Virus record (IMG/VR): IMGVR_UViG_3300033076_000548
Coordinates: 1 to 45,806 of that record
Reading direction: 5' to 3' (one strand)
Length of the DNA: 45,806 nt
Source of the DNA: a virus
Taxonomy: Duplodnaviria; Caudoviricetes
The notes beneath the pieces are model-generated. The model was not told where the DNA came from, did no database searches, and was given only the letters and a program-made list of their open reading frames with translations. A program made the translations under genes and the position numbers. The number at the start of each line of letters is the position of its first letter. Positions within the stretch are counted from its first letter, which is position 1. Positions 1-8,781 of this stretch are shown here, piece by piece.

Positions 1-47
1 ATCAAAGCCCTGTGCAGCGTGTATGCACGTATTACGTCAAACTTCGA

Positions 48-629
48 TCAAGAGTGTTTCTTGGACTGGTGCTTAATAAGTCGCTGTGCCCAGTTTAGAA
101 AGTCCTCCTTACTCTGACTCATTTTTGCGGAATTACAGATAGTACAGCACGGGACGATGTTTTCCAGTATATAGCCATTAGTATTATCCACTCTGTCAAT
201 ACCATTGAATTTGTACACACGGTTTTCATCTAGAACAGATACGTCATATGTGATAGAGGAGTCTATACCACAGTAGTTACAAGGTTGTAATATATGATTT
301 AGAAAATCTTCATACGTGAGTTGAAACTCAATACTTCTATGCTTTGCCGAGTTCCTGTATGAGTAGTACATTTTATTTGACGCTGAAAGTAAACCCTCTT
401 TACGATTTCTTTTAGAAAGACGGTTTCTATACTCAGAGGTTTTTCTCAGACAACCACAGCTTTTAATACGACCCGCCCTTAGAGTAGTCCCCGCTACAAT
501 GGATTCGTTTCCACAATCACAAAGGCATCTCCACAATTGGGAACGTTGTTTTCTATTCGATTTATCTACAGTTTCAAGGGCGGTAAGTAGCCCAAATTTT
601 TGGTTAGTAATGTCAATATATTTAGGCAT
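48..629 (-). CDS. HNH homing endonuclease (free-standing, antisense to early genes)
   Basis: N-terminal WRCLCDCG...KSCGC module; C-terminal CNYCG...GIDRVDNTNGY...NIVPCCTICNSAK HNH-type motif; strong SD AAGGAGG. Confidence 0.85.
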   Translation of the reverse strand: MPKYIDITNQKFGLLTALETVDKSNRKQRSQLWRCLCDCGNESIVAGTTLRAGRIKSCGCLRKTSEYRNRLSKRNRKEGLLSASNKMYYSYRNSAKHRSIEFQLTYEDFLNHILQPCNYCGIDSSITYDVSVLDENRVYKFNGIDRVDNTNGYILENIVPCCTICNSAKMSQSKEDFLNWAQRLIKHQSKKHS

Positions 630-655
630 CCATCCTCCTTTAAAATAAACCCAAC

Positions 656-684
656 ATTGTACAGTATTTTTATAGTATTGTCAA
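656..684 (-). promoter_or_regulatory. sigma70-type promoter for the HNH gene
   Basis: Minus strand TTGACA-17 bp-TACAAT just upstream of the SD and ATG at 629. Confidence 0.75.
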
Positions 685-719
685 ACTTATCTAAATTCAA
701 TTAAACTTATTCAACACAC

Positions 720-962
720 ATGAAAAACTACAATTTGTCTTTTAGTGTTTCTATTAGCACTAATGAATCTTATGCAAGCACTAAAATCCTTAACATCAAT
801 ATTGATGAAACTCTCCCTGCAAACACCGACCCACAGAAGTACATCCGTGCCCGTCTGGCTGAAGAAGTTAAACGTAAGTTTGACCAATTGGTAACACCTA
901 TTGAGAATTTTACAGACGAAGAGAAGAAGCCCGATCCTCTTTCTGATGATATTCCCTTCTAA
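720..962 (+). CDS. small protein ending in an SSB-like acidic tail (DDIPF)
   Basis: 80 aa ORF with C-terminus LSDDIPF. Confidence 0.75.
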   Translation: MKNYNLSFSVSISTNESYASTKILNINIDETLPANTDPQKYIRARLAEEVKRKFDQLVTPIENFTDEEKKPDPLSDDIPF

Positions 963-972
963 GGAGATTTAA

Positions 973-1254
973 ATGGACATTGAAAGATGCCCCACACATG
1001 AGGAAAAGGAAGTTGACACCTCTCCCGCCGCGCTGCGGGCGCTGGCTGATCAATGGCATTCCACACCAGGCCCATTCCTGGCGATCCACTGGGCCTTGCG
1101 CGGCACCGCTATGGAAGCCGCCCTGCGCGCCGTGGCTGCAGAGAAGGAACGTTTTATTGAAGAACAACAAGTTGATACGTCCGCTGCCTATTGGGCTGGG
1201 TTTGATGATGGTCGTGCATGGGTTGAACAGAAACAAGATGAGGTGTGGTTGTGA
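973..1254 (+). CDS. hypothetical modular early protein (VDTS/AVAAEKE modules)
   Basis: SD AAGGAG; shares motifs with the ORFs at 2203 and 8782. Confidence 0.7.
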   Translation: MDIERCPTHEEKEVDTSPAALRALADQWHSTPGPFLAIHWALRGTAMEAALRAVAAEKERFIEEQQVDTSAAYWAGFDDGRAWVEQKQDEVWL

Positions 1255-1367
1255 CTCCAGGTATTGTTTTAGAGTGGATGTTTGTTGTTATGATGGGTTT
1301 ACTTCTTGTTGGAGCAATGTTTGGATTAGGTTTTGGTATATACATGGCTTTTAAGGAGTTTAAATGA
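1251..1367 (+). CDS. small membrane protein (38 aa)
   Basis: GTG start overlaps the previous stop; one hydrophobic stretch; stop overlaps the next start. Confidence 0.55.
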   Translation: MTPGIVLEWMFVVMMGLLLVGAMFGLGFGIYMAFKEFK

Positions 1368-1615
1368 ACACCCCACATAAACACCGAGACCTCATTATTG
1401 CTTGGGCGAATGGTGAAACTATTGAAGTCTGTTGTAATAATAACCAATGGAAAGTAGAAACCAGGCCCGATTGGTGGACCGACGTAAAATATCGTGTTAA
1501 ACCAGACATTCGTACCAAGCTGAAGCAAGTAGTGAATAGGTATGTAATCCCTAATGTTAATGATCTATTGGTCGACGACTTGATAGAAGTTTTCGATATC
1601 TCTATGAAGGAATAA
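1364..1615 (+). CDS. hypothetical phage protein
   Basis: SD AAGGAG; IIAWANGETIE...KYRVKP pattern, similar to 3987..4292. Confidence 0.75.
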   Translation: MNTPHKHRDLIIAWANGETIEVCCNNNQWKVETRPDWWTDVKYRVKPDIRTKLKQVVNRYVIPNVNDLLVDDLIEVFDISMKE

Positions 1616-1616
1616 T

Positions 1617-1850
1617 ATGAGGTGTCAGTGCTGCAATAGAATCCTCACAGACTATGAGACCACCTTGCGCCATAAATATACCAAGGAATTTGTTGATATT
1701 TGTCTCAAATGTCTAGACGGTCTTGGTATTAAAACCAAAGGACGTAAAGACCTTCTTCACCAGGCCTATGTCCCTGAGGACATTGATGTGTTCTCTGAAC
1801 TACTACTTGACGAACGGAGTTTATACGATGAACTACCCACAGACGAATGA
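1617..1850 (+). CDS. small zinc-finger protein
   Basis: CQCC...CLKC; SD AAGGA. Confidence 0.7.
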   Translation: MRCQCCNRILTDYETTLRHKYTKEFVDICLKCLDGLGIKTKGRKDLLHQAYVPEDIDVFSELLLDERSLYDELPTDE

Positions 1851-2028
1851 GGATTGGGCTGCATTAACATGGCTTCTAAATGAAGGTTGGGAGGGGAAAA
1901 TAGCACTAACAATGTTTGATCTCGTAGATGCCGTTAAGATGGAATCTTTAGATGAGGGGCTCCGCGCACCAGACGAATTTTATGGTGGACATTGGTATAC
2001 CATTCTCAACAAGGAGGAGTTTCTATGA
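1828..2028 (+). CDS. hypothetical protein
   Basis: ATG at 1828 after GGAG; fills the operon. Confidence 0.6.
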   Translation: MNYPQTNEDWAALTWLLNEGWEGKIALTMFDLVDAVKMESLDEGLRAPDEFYGGHWYTILNKEEFL

Positions 2029-2216
2029 ACATCACCATTTCAACCAAGGAGTATTACTGCTTGGTTGAAGACCAACAACTTCTCTATCACCTTGTGGAGC
2101 TTGGTGTTGAGAAATGGGAACACTACCAAGAAGCAATAGGTAGGTGCTACGAAGAAGACACCATCTCTGAAGAAGAGTGGGATTTTATTTTTGAAGGGGT
2201 AGATGATGAAGGTTGA
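2025..2216 (+). CDS. hypothetical acidic protein
   Basis: SD AGGAGG, ATGA overlap with the previous gene. Confidence 0.65.
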   Translation: MNITISTKEYYCLVEDQQLLYHLVELGVEKWEHYQEAIGRCYEEDTISEEEWDFIFEGVDDEG

Positions 2217-2739
2217 CACAAGTTCAGAAGAACTTTTCTCCCTAGCTGAACAATGGTATCTCTCCTGTGGCGATCCAAATGTTGGTCATGCTATGGCTAA
2301 AGCCTTACGGGCTGTGGTATATGAGAAGGCGGCTGCCCTGGAAAGGCTCACGCGGATCGATGAGGAAATTGAGCGGGCCACGCAGGCACAACCTGTTGCA
2401 TGGGGCGTGCCGAATACGCGGCCAACAGAGAGAGCACCATTCATGCAGGTGCTGTTGGACATCACAAGCGCCCAGTACCCGGAATTGCTGGTGCCGCTCT
2501 ATGCGGCCCCGGAGGCTCCGCAGGCGCCGGCCAGCGCGTGGCGGCCTATCGACGATGGCGCGAAGGATGGGACGCAGGTGCTTCTTTCACGATGGGAAGG
2601 CGGTCGGCTGGTCTGTGCGCAAGATGATTATTGGGTCTCCGACGCCAAATGTTGGTGTGACTGGGATAGCTCACGGCAGCCTACCCACTATCAACCGCTG
2701 CCCGCCGGGCCGGCGCAGGAGGATTCCAATGGACAATAA
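2203..2739 (+). CDS. modular protein with C-terminal DUF551-like domain
   Basis: WRPIDDGAKDGTQVLL...PTHYQPLPAGP. Confidence 0.7.
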   Translation: MMKVDTSSEELFSLAEQWYLSCGDPNVGHAMAKALRAVVYEKAAALERLTRIDEEIERATQAQPVAWGVPNTRPTERAPFMQVLLDITSAQYPELLVPLYAAPEAPQAPASAWRPIDDGAKDGTQVLLSRWEGGRLVCAQDDYWVSDAKCWCDWDSSRQPTHYQPLPAGPAQEDSNGQ

Positions 2740-2926
2740 AGAAGTTGTGGCCATTATGGCTGCTCAAGTAGAAGAATGTCATAAGATGTTGCTTATGCTG
2801 ATGAAGCTAACAGAGATGTCTTTAGAAACTATTCATGGCCAACATCCCGTGTCTGAATATTGTCACACAGTGATAGAAGTACTTGATGAAGTAGAACCCT
2901 ATTTCAAAGGAATCAAATATGACTGA
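2729..2926 (+). CDS. hypothetical protein
   Basis: ATG at 2729 after AGGAGG. Confidence 0.65.
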   Translation: MDNKEVVAIMAAQVEECHKMLLMLMKLTEMSLETIHGQHPVSEYCHTVIEVLDEVEPYFKGIKYD

Positions 2927-3293
2927 GCAAAAGACAATATGTCTTGCCAATTTACATGAAGCTACTGAGCAAGAAGTGTTTGATCAAGTAGCAAAACATC
3001 TACTGACACAGAAGAAACGTTCTACCGATAGTGCTAATGAAAATTGCCAATATCGTGGAGATGGTGGTTTGATGTGTGCTGCTGGGTGCCTCATTACAGA
3101 TAGTGAATACAATAGGAATATGGAGGGTGCTTCCTGGGATACACTTGTGGAAGGTGGACATGTGCCCCGTGCTCACATACAGCTTATTCAGACTTTACAA
3201 GAAATCCACGACCATACACCAGTAAACAATTGGTACACATCTCTAAAGATGTTGGCTTTTAATAACGGCCTTGAGTTTAAGGAGTATGTATAA
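2919..3293 (+). CDS. hypothetical phage protein
   Basis: 124 aa; CQYRG..GLMCAAGCLI and LQEIHD motifs; SD AAGGA. Confidence 0.75.
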   Translation: MTEQKTICLANLHEATEQEVFDQVAKHLLTQKKRSTDSANENCQYRGDGGLMCAAGCLITDSEYNRNMEGASWDTLVEGGHVPRAHIQLIQTLQEIHDHTPVNNWYTSLKMLAFNNGLEFKEYV

Positions 3294-3616
3294 TGAAACA
3301 CGCAACATCCACCCTCTCCGGCGCACTGTTGGACCAGGCCGTGGCCTTGGCCCTGGGCGAGCCTGGATGCTACGTTGAATTTGACACGGGCAAGACAGTG
3401 CCCGCCCCCGCATACTCCACCGACTTTGCCCATGGCGGGCCGCTGCTGAACGAGCACATTGATGCAATCGAGCGCACGGACATTGACGAGTTTTGGGCGC
3501 GGTGTCTCACTTGGGCGGATGGGCAGTCATTAGGAGGAACCGTGCTCATTGCGGCCATGCGCGCCATCGTTGCATCGAAGATTGGCGCCGGGTGTACCTG
3601 GGTTATGAAAAGCTAA
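3293..3616 (+). CDS. NinX/DUF2591-like protein
   Basis: LSGALLDQAVALALG...YSTDFAHGGPLL...LIAAMRAIVASK. Confidence 0.7.
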   Translation: MKHATSTLSGALLDQAVALALGEPGCYVEFDTGKTVPAPAYSTDFAHGGPLLNEHIDAIERTDIDEFWARCLTWADGQSLGGTVLIAAMRAIVASKIGAGCTWVMKS

Positions 3617-3649
3617 CGGCCGTTCGCGAGGCCATCGAAAGGAAGAAAC

Positions 3650-3985
3650 GTGAAAGCATCTGAATTGCTCAAGAAAGCAGAAGCCCACTTGTGGGACGGA
3701 ACTGGCGATTTCATGAGGACGGACATCAACGTCCGCTATTCGATCTGCGGCGCGGTGCAAAACACCGGCAGGGGCTACCGTTTGGCAAAACGTCGCATCA
3801 CTGATCGCATCATGTCCAGGCTGGACGGAAGTTCATACGCCCCTGCATGGCTGCAATTGAATCACCCCGCGTTAGCTGCTCGGCTTGGACGGATGGACAG
3901 CGCGACACAAATAATTTACATCCAAGCGTGGCGCTTGAACTGGATGCGCAAGCTGGCTGCGGAGTTCGCGGCGGAAGGAGATTGA
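3650..3985 (+). CDS. hypothetical protein (paralog of 12955..13338)
   Basis: GTG start after AAGGA; shared motifs with the ORF at 12955. Confidence 0.7.
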   Translation: MKASELLKKAEAHLWDGTGDFMRTDINVRYSICGAVQNTGRGYRLAKRRITDRIMSRLDGSSYAPAWLQLNHPALAARLGRMDSATQIIYIQAWRLNWMRKLAAEFAAEGD

Positions 3986-3986
3986 C

Positions 3987-4292
3987 ATGGAAATTTCAGA
4001 AGAACTGGCGAGCATCATGCGCGCCATGCTCGACGGCAAGCGCGTCGAGTTGCGATGCGAAGAGCCGGACGAAGACGGGTTCGAGAGCTGGAGTGATTGG
4101 CGCCGCGCCACCATCGCGGATCTGTCCTGTGTCGGCCTTCTGCACGTACAGTTCCGGGTGCGCCCTGCAGCCCACGAAGACATGGCTGACTGGTGTCTCC
4201 GAGAAAACCCCTATCTGAATTCGGACGACCTCAAAATCTGGTGTCGGGCCCTCATCGCGAAGTGCCCCTTCCTCACCGAGGTGGAGCTGTGA
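3987..4292 (+). CDS. hypothetical protein
   Basis: SD AAGGAG; GC-rich codon usage. Confidence 0.7.
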   Translation: MEISEELASIMRAMLDGKRVELRCEEPDEDGFESWSDWRRATIADLSCVGLLHVQFRVRPAAHEDMADWCLRENPYLNSDDLKIWCRALIAKCPFLTEVEL

Positions 4293-4295
4293 GCA

Positions 4296-4985
4296 ATGCA
4301 CACCTCATGTCCTAAATGCCATAGCTCAGACGCTAGGTATGTCTACCCAGATGGAGGGAGTTTTTGTTTCAGTTGTCGCAAGGTGTTTGGTGCTAGTAAA
4401 TATGTTCCCAAGCCTTTGGAGGAAGAAAAAAAGAAAGAGCTAGCCCTCCCCTATGGGTGTACACAATCGTTCGGTGTAGAGGCTGTGGAGTGGTTTAAAC
4501 GCTATGAGCTTGGTGTAGAGGATATGGTGTTACATGGTCTGCAATGGCACGAAAAGAGAAAACAGCTTTTTTTCCCTTACTACGAAGCTAACACTCTCGT
4601 GCTGTTCCAGACTCGTAACTTCCATCCAGAAGCTAAGCAGAAGAGCTGGACACAAGGGTCTATCAAAGAAGTATTGCCTATTAACGTGGGTGTGTTAGGT
4701 AACACAGTTGTGTTAGTAGAAGATCCTGTGTCAGCAATTAAGGTGTTAAAGTACACTGGTGTTAGCACCATACCGCTCCTTGGCAGCGACCTGGACAAAA
4801 ACAGAATATTTGCTGTAGTACAGAAATACAAACAGGTAGTTGTATGGCTTGACAGCAACATGCTACATAAAGCCAATAGAATAGCCGAGAGGGTCGGGAT
4901 TATTGGAGGCTGTGCCAGAGTTGTGTACACAAAAGAAGATCCCAAAGATCAATCTATCGAAACAATAAAGAAGCTAATATTATGA
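4296..4985 (+). CDS. DNA primase (Zn finger + TOPRIM)
   Basis: CPKC...CFSC Zn finger; VLVED and WLDSN TOPRIM motifs; DPKD. Confidence 0.9.
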   Translation: MHTSCPKCHSSDARYVYPDGGSFCFSCRKVFGASKYVPKPLEEEKKKELALPYGCTQSFGVEAVEWFKRYELGVEDMVLHGLQWHEKRKQLFFPYYEANTLVLFQTRNFHPEAKQKSWTQGSIKEVLPINVGVLGNTVVLVEDPVSAIKVLKYTGVSTIPLLGSDLDKNRIFAVVQKYKQVVVWLDSNMLHKANRIAERVGIIGGCARVVYTKEDPKDQSIETIKKLIL

Positions 4986-5203
4986 ATGTAAAAGTGATGT
5001 CGGAAAAAGAATATTATCTAACTGATGGTGCCGTAGATGAAGATGATTTCAGTTTTGTTAAATGGGAAGATGGTTCTATTGGAATACTACTCCATCCACG
5101 CGTGGTAAACATGCTTATGTGGCAAGAAGGAGATATTATTGAAACTATTGAGACAAATGGCAGTGTTGCCTTTGTCAATCGCCAATGGCTTGAGCGTCAA
5201 TAA
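4982..5203 (+). CDS. AbrB/MazE/SpoVT-like small protein
   Basis: WEDGSIGILLHPRVVNMLMWQEGDII resembles the swapped-hairpin signature. Confidence 0.5.
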   Translation: MNVKVMSEKEYYLTDGAVDEDDFSFVKWEDGSIGILLHPRVVNMLMWQEGDIIETIETNGSVAFVNRQWLERQ

Positions 5204-5250
5204 CTAATAAGTAGAAGTCCTAATAGCTTAAGCACAGACTTGTGCTACCC

Positions 5251-5340
5251 TTAATACATATAGTATTTATATAAAAGAAATATAAAAGAATAAATAAATA
5301 TAAAGAATATATAAAAGAATAAAAGAAAGAGAGAAGAGAA
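5251..5340. other. AT-rich, strand-biased intergenic tract (origin-like)
   Basis: Repeated ATAAAAGAA units; shares a 22-mer (inverted) with 42254..42275. Confidence 0.55.
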
Positions 5341-6591
5341 ATTAAACCAGAACTAAATATACTTTCTTTGTTTTTAAACTACAAGCATTGGTGTAAGTAT
5401 TCTCAGTGTATCTCATCGAACGACATTCCCTCAGACCTACAATTGGTGTTTCGAGTTATTGAGAACTACCATCGTGTTAACACGGAAGAAACATCGCTCT
5501 CGGTTGCTGACCTCCGCTCCCTATTCTTTTCAAATCCGTGTAAAGACAAAGAATATTATTCCTCCGTGTTTGACCAAATGGCTCAGCTCTCCCCAGACGA
5601 GCGGGCCACGTCGGTGTACATCAACTCGTTGCAGAAAAACAACCTTCTCAAGCAAGCCGCTTTAAAGGCCTTTGAAGCCTCTGAAGGGAAGGGAAGCTAT
5701 GTCGAGACCTGCCAGCTATTTAAATCGATTCTGGAGCTTCCTGACGCGTCTGAGGGCCCTTCAAACACAGATGTGTTCGTCACAACCAAGCTAAGCGAGC
5801 TTTTGACCGAAAGCTACACCAATGTAGGTCTCACCTGGAGGCTTGAGTGTCTTAACAAATCAGCAGGTAGTATTCGTAAAGGCAACTTCATTATTCTATT
5901 TGCTTACGTTAATGTAGGGAAAACAACATTCCTCTCTTCGGAAACTACACATATGTTTCCACAAATACCAAAAGACAAATATTTACATTGGTATAATAAT
6001 GAGCAGGCTGGTAGTGAAGTGATGTTGAGGGTCTATCAAGCTTGGTTTGGCCTCACATTAGAAGAACTCTATTCCAATGTATTATTCTACGAACAGGAGT
6101 TTGAGAAACAAACACAAGGCCGGTTCCTACTAATAGACTCTACGGCTACCACAAACACTCGTGTTGAGCAGCTCTGTATGGAATATCCCCCTGCGATCGT
6201 GGTTATTGATCAGCTCCCCAAGATTAAAGGAGTGGGGGAGAAAGCTGACAGAGATGATTTGAAGATGGGGGATAAGTTTGTATGGGCCCGCGAGCTGGCC
6301 AAGACACATTGCCCTGTCATTGCTATTACACAAGCAGATGCTGCGGGTGCTCATAAGAAGTGGCTTGATCTCACTGACATCAGCAGGGCAAAGATTGCTG
6401 TACAAGCTGAGGGAGATTTGGTGTTGGGTATCGGGAAGGATAATAAAGAGGGTTTTGAATATATGCGCTACATCAACATTGTGAAGAACAAGTTGCCGGG
6501 TGATCTTGGCATCACAGATCCGAAGCAAAGGCACGGCAAGCTGACATGTCTAATTGATCCTAGTGTGGCTTTGTATCGTGACATCAAATGA
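5341..6591 (+). CDS. DnaB-like replicative helicase (probable ATT start; TTG at 5368 is the alternative)
   Basis: Walker A AYVNVGKTT, Walker B IVVIDQ, ITQAD and IVKNK SF4 motifs. Confidence 0.9.
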   Translation: MKPELNILSLFLNYKHWCKYSQCISSNDIPSDLQLVFRVIENYHRVNTEETSLSVADLRSLFFSNPCKDKEYYSSVFDQMAQLSPDERATSVYINSLQKNNLLKQAALKAFEASEGKGSYVETCQLFKSILELPDASEGPSNTDVFVTTKLSELLTESYTNVGLTWRLECLNKSAGSIRKGNFIILFAYVNVGKTTFLSSETTHMFPQIPKDKYLHWYNNEQAGSEVMLRVYQAWFGLTLEELYSNVLFYEQEFEKQTQGRFLLIDSTATTNTRVEQLCMEYPPAIVVIDQLPKIKGVGEKADRDDLKMGDKFVWARELAKTHCPVIAITQADAAGAHKKWLDLTDISRAKIAVQAEGDLVLGIGKDNKEGFEYMRYINIVKNKLPGDLGITDPKQRHGKLTCLIDPSVALYRDIK

Positions 6592-6791
6592 AGAAACTAA
6601 AAAATAGAACACCCGTCTACACTATTGTTCGTCTCGCTCCACGAGACTCCTCCATCCCTCCTCATGTTAAGGACACCTTCGGCACATTAGAGAAAGCAGA
6701 GGAGATGTGCGGAGTGTATGAACAAGAGATGCTAGAGCTAGACGTTCACGGCTTTGTGTTTAAAACCTTTCCCAACTACTATTACGACTGA
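6588..6791 (+). CDS. hypothetical protein
   Basis: ATGA-coupled ORF. Confidence 0.6.
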   Translation: MKKLKNRTPVYTIVRLAPRDSSIPPHVKDTFGTLEKAEEMCGVYEQEMLELDVHGFVFKTFPNYYYD

Positions 6792-7180
6792 TGAAATTCC
6801 TATTTAAAAGAGCAGATGGTGGACCAGATTCCAACGTAACTGGGTATTGGTTTATTGAATGGAAGAAAGTGTTCTCTATTGCTCTCCTGAAGTTTTCACA
6901 AGGAAGCCGTGAAAATTACCACTCACATGCCTTCAATAGTTTTAGTGTTGTCTTAAAAGGACATATAAAGGAGGAGATGTTCAACGGCACCACTAATGAT
7001 TTCAAGACAGGGAAAATAGTTGTCACCACTCGCTCTAATTTGCATAAGGTGTTTGGTGTTGCTCCTACCACATGGGTGCTTACATTTCGAGGCCCCTGGC
7101 TTGACACTTGGTATGAAAAAACTCCTAGTAATGAAACTATTATACTAACACATGGAAGAGAGGTTGTAGATGAAAATTGA
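6791..7180 (+). CDS. cupin-fold protein
   Basis: YHSHAFNSFSVVLKGHIKEE...LHKV...LTFRGP. Confidence 0.7.
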   Translation: MKFLFKRADGGPDSNVTGYWFIEWKKVFSIALLKFSQGSRENYHSHAFNSFSVVLKGHIKEEMFNGTTNDFKTGKIVVTTRSNLHKVFGVAPTTWVLTFRGPWLDTWYEKTPSNETIILTHGREVVDEN

Positions 7181-7364
7181 ACTTTCTTGTACCCTCCATG
7201 TTGAAGGCAGAGTAGATAATGAGTTTTTAGACGCTCTTCAAGAGCTGTTTAAGAATGTTTCACTAGAAGATCCAGATAAACTACTTATCCTCCACTCTAA
7301 TGACATTGGAGATGTTGTTGGATATATTAACAACATTGACATTTTGAATGCTACAGATGACTGA
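7170..7364 (+). CDS. hypothetical protein
   Basis: SD GAGG; coupled ORF. Confidence 0.6.
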   Translation: MKIELSCTLHVEGRVDNEFLDALQELFKNVSLEDPDKLLILHSNDIGDVVGYINNIDILNATDD

Positions 7365-7596
7365 ATTTGAAGACAGCTTTATTGAGGAAAATCCTGTGTT
7401 TGACAGCTACTGGATTTATGGGGCTATGGATAGGGCTTGTATTGAATGTCAAAATGTGGGGCGTTGGTTGTGTGAGGATGAGTATATCCAGTCTCAACCA
7501 GATCTCCTTGAACAGGCTATGAAAGCACATGATGCTTTGTTTGACCTGTATCAAAAACTAAGTAAGGAATTTTTCAATGACAACGAGATTGTTTGA
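7357..7596 (+). CDS. hypothetical protein
   Basis: Fills the operon before dUTPase. Confidence 0.6.
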   Translation: MTEFEDSFIEENPVFDSYWIYGAMDRACIECQNVGRWLCEDEYIQSQPDLLEQAMKAHDALFDLYQKLSKEFFNDNEIV

Positions 7597-8080
7597 CGAT
7601 GTTGTGCGAGAGCACCTAACAGCTTCTACGAAAGTAGAAGTTCGAGTTAAAAAGCTACACAAGGACGCTCGTCTTCCCACCTATGCTACAGATGGTAGTG
7701 GGTGTTTTGATATTTATACCTATGAGGGTGTTTACCTAGACCCAGACATTCCAACAGAGACACTCCGAACAGGGCTTGTATTTGAGATTCCAGAGGGCCA
7801 TGTGATGCTGGTGTTTAGTAGAAGTGGTCATGGGTTTAACAACGATGTCCGCCTGGCCAATTGTGTTGGCGTTATCGATTCAGATTATCGTGGTGAACTA
7901 AAGGTGAAGCTTGTGCTTGATGATTTGAAGTCAAGTGGTTTTGGACTTCCTTACAAGCTCCAAGGTAATCGTATAGCCCAGGCACTCATAGTGCCAATTC
8001 CTCGTGTTAGCTTTGAAGAGACAGAGTTTCTTTCAGAAACGTCTCGTGGAATAGGTGGCTTTGGAAGCACTGGGACATGA
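7577..8080 (+). CDS. dut: trimeric dUTPase
   Basis: Motifs SGCFD, SRSG, GVIDSDYRGE, RIAQ and RGIGGFGSTG. Confidence 0.95.
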   Translation: MTTRLFDDVVREHLTASTKVEVRVKKLHKDARLPTYATDGSGCFDIYTYEGVYLDPDIPTETLRTGLVFEIPEGHVMLVFSRSGHGFNNDVRLANCVGVIDSDYRGELKVKLVLDDLKSSGFGLPYKLQGNRIAQALIVPIPRVSFEETEFLSETSRGIGGFGSTGT

Positions 8081-8081
8081 C

Positions 8082-8303
8082 ATGCACAGACGTAAGAGAT
8101 GGCTTGTTTACCCTCTAGACTACAGCCCTGGTGATGGATACACCCAACATACAAGCCGAGGTGCTGCTATCAAGAAAGCACAGCGTCAAGGAGGTGGATC
8201 AATCGATGTAGTGGTACATGTGCATCCGTCTAAAGGTGCTATGTGGACTAGTAGTGCTCAACACCATATGTTGGAGTTGACCCCTACAGATGAGCTGTGC
8301 TAA
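8082..8303 (+). CDS. hypothetical protein
   Basis: ATG immediately after the dut stop. Confidence 0.5.
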   Translation: MHRRKRWLVYPLDYSPGDGYTQHTSRGAAIKKAQRQGGGSIDVVVHVHPSKGAMWTSSAQHHMLELTPTDELC

Positions 8304-8418
8304 AATATTAGGAAAGACATCATGGATACAAGCAATTTAGATGTGAAGCTTAAAGCTTTGATGGATGTGAAGTCACTCACAGAGTGCGGGCAATGTCCTT
8401 TACTGAAAGGAGAACTTG

Positions 8419-8610
8419 ATGGACGATTTTGACAAGTTCCTAGCTGACTCGGGACTGAAGGCCCGCACAGGCTGGTCTGGCGTCTTCTCGGTCACGTCGA
8501 ATGATGTGCGCGCTTGGTTGTTTGCAGCGTATCAGGCAGGAGTCTTGAGTGAGACCCGTAGACAAGAGAACCAACGGCAGATTGATGCTTACTATGGAGT
8601 TGGCGAATGA
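8419..8610 (+). CDS. hypothetical protein
   Basis: SD AAGGAG. Confidence 0.6.
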   Translation: MDDFDKFLADSGLKARTGWSGVFSVTSNDVRAWLFAAYQAGVLSETRRQENQRQIDAYYGVGE

Positions 8611-8781
8611 TCGCATTAATTCGCAGTGTCCTTGCATGGATTCTTTACTGGCTTGGAGATTTTTCCTGGAAATCATATTGCCGTCTTATGGATTGGTCAC
8701 ATACCGTACAAGGTGAGTCTGCTAAATACGGACCTTGGAATTACCACCGAAAAGGTGATGAATGAGTCCTAGGAGAACGAA

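Noticed and set aside
2267-2728. Long 5' extension of ORF 2267..2926 and other overlapping ORFs in GC-rich patches
   Set aside because: Stop-poor alternative frames; the SD-supported start is 2729
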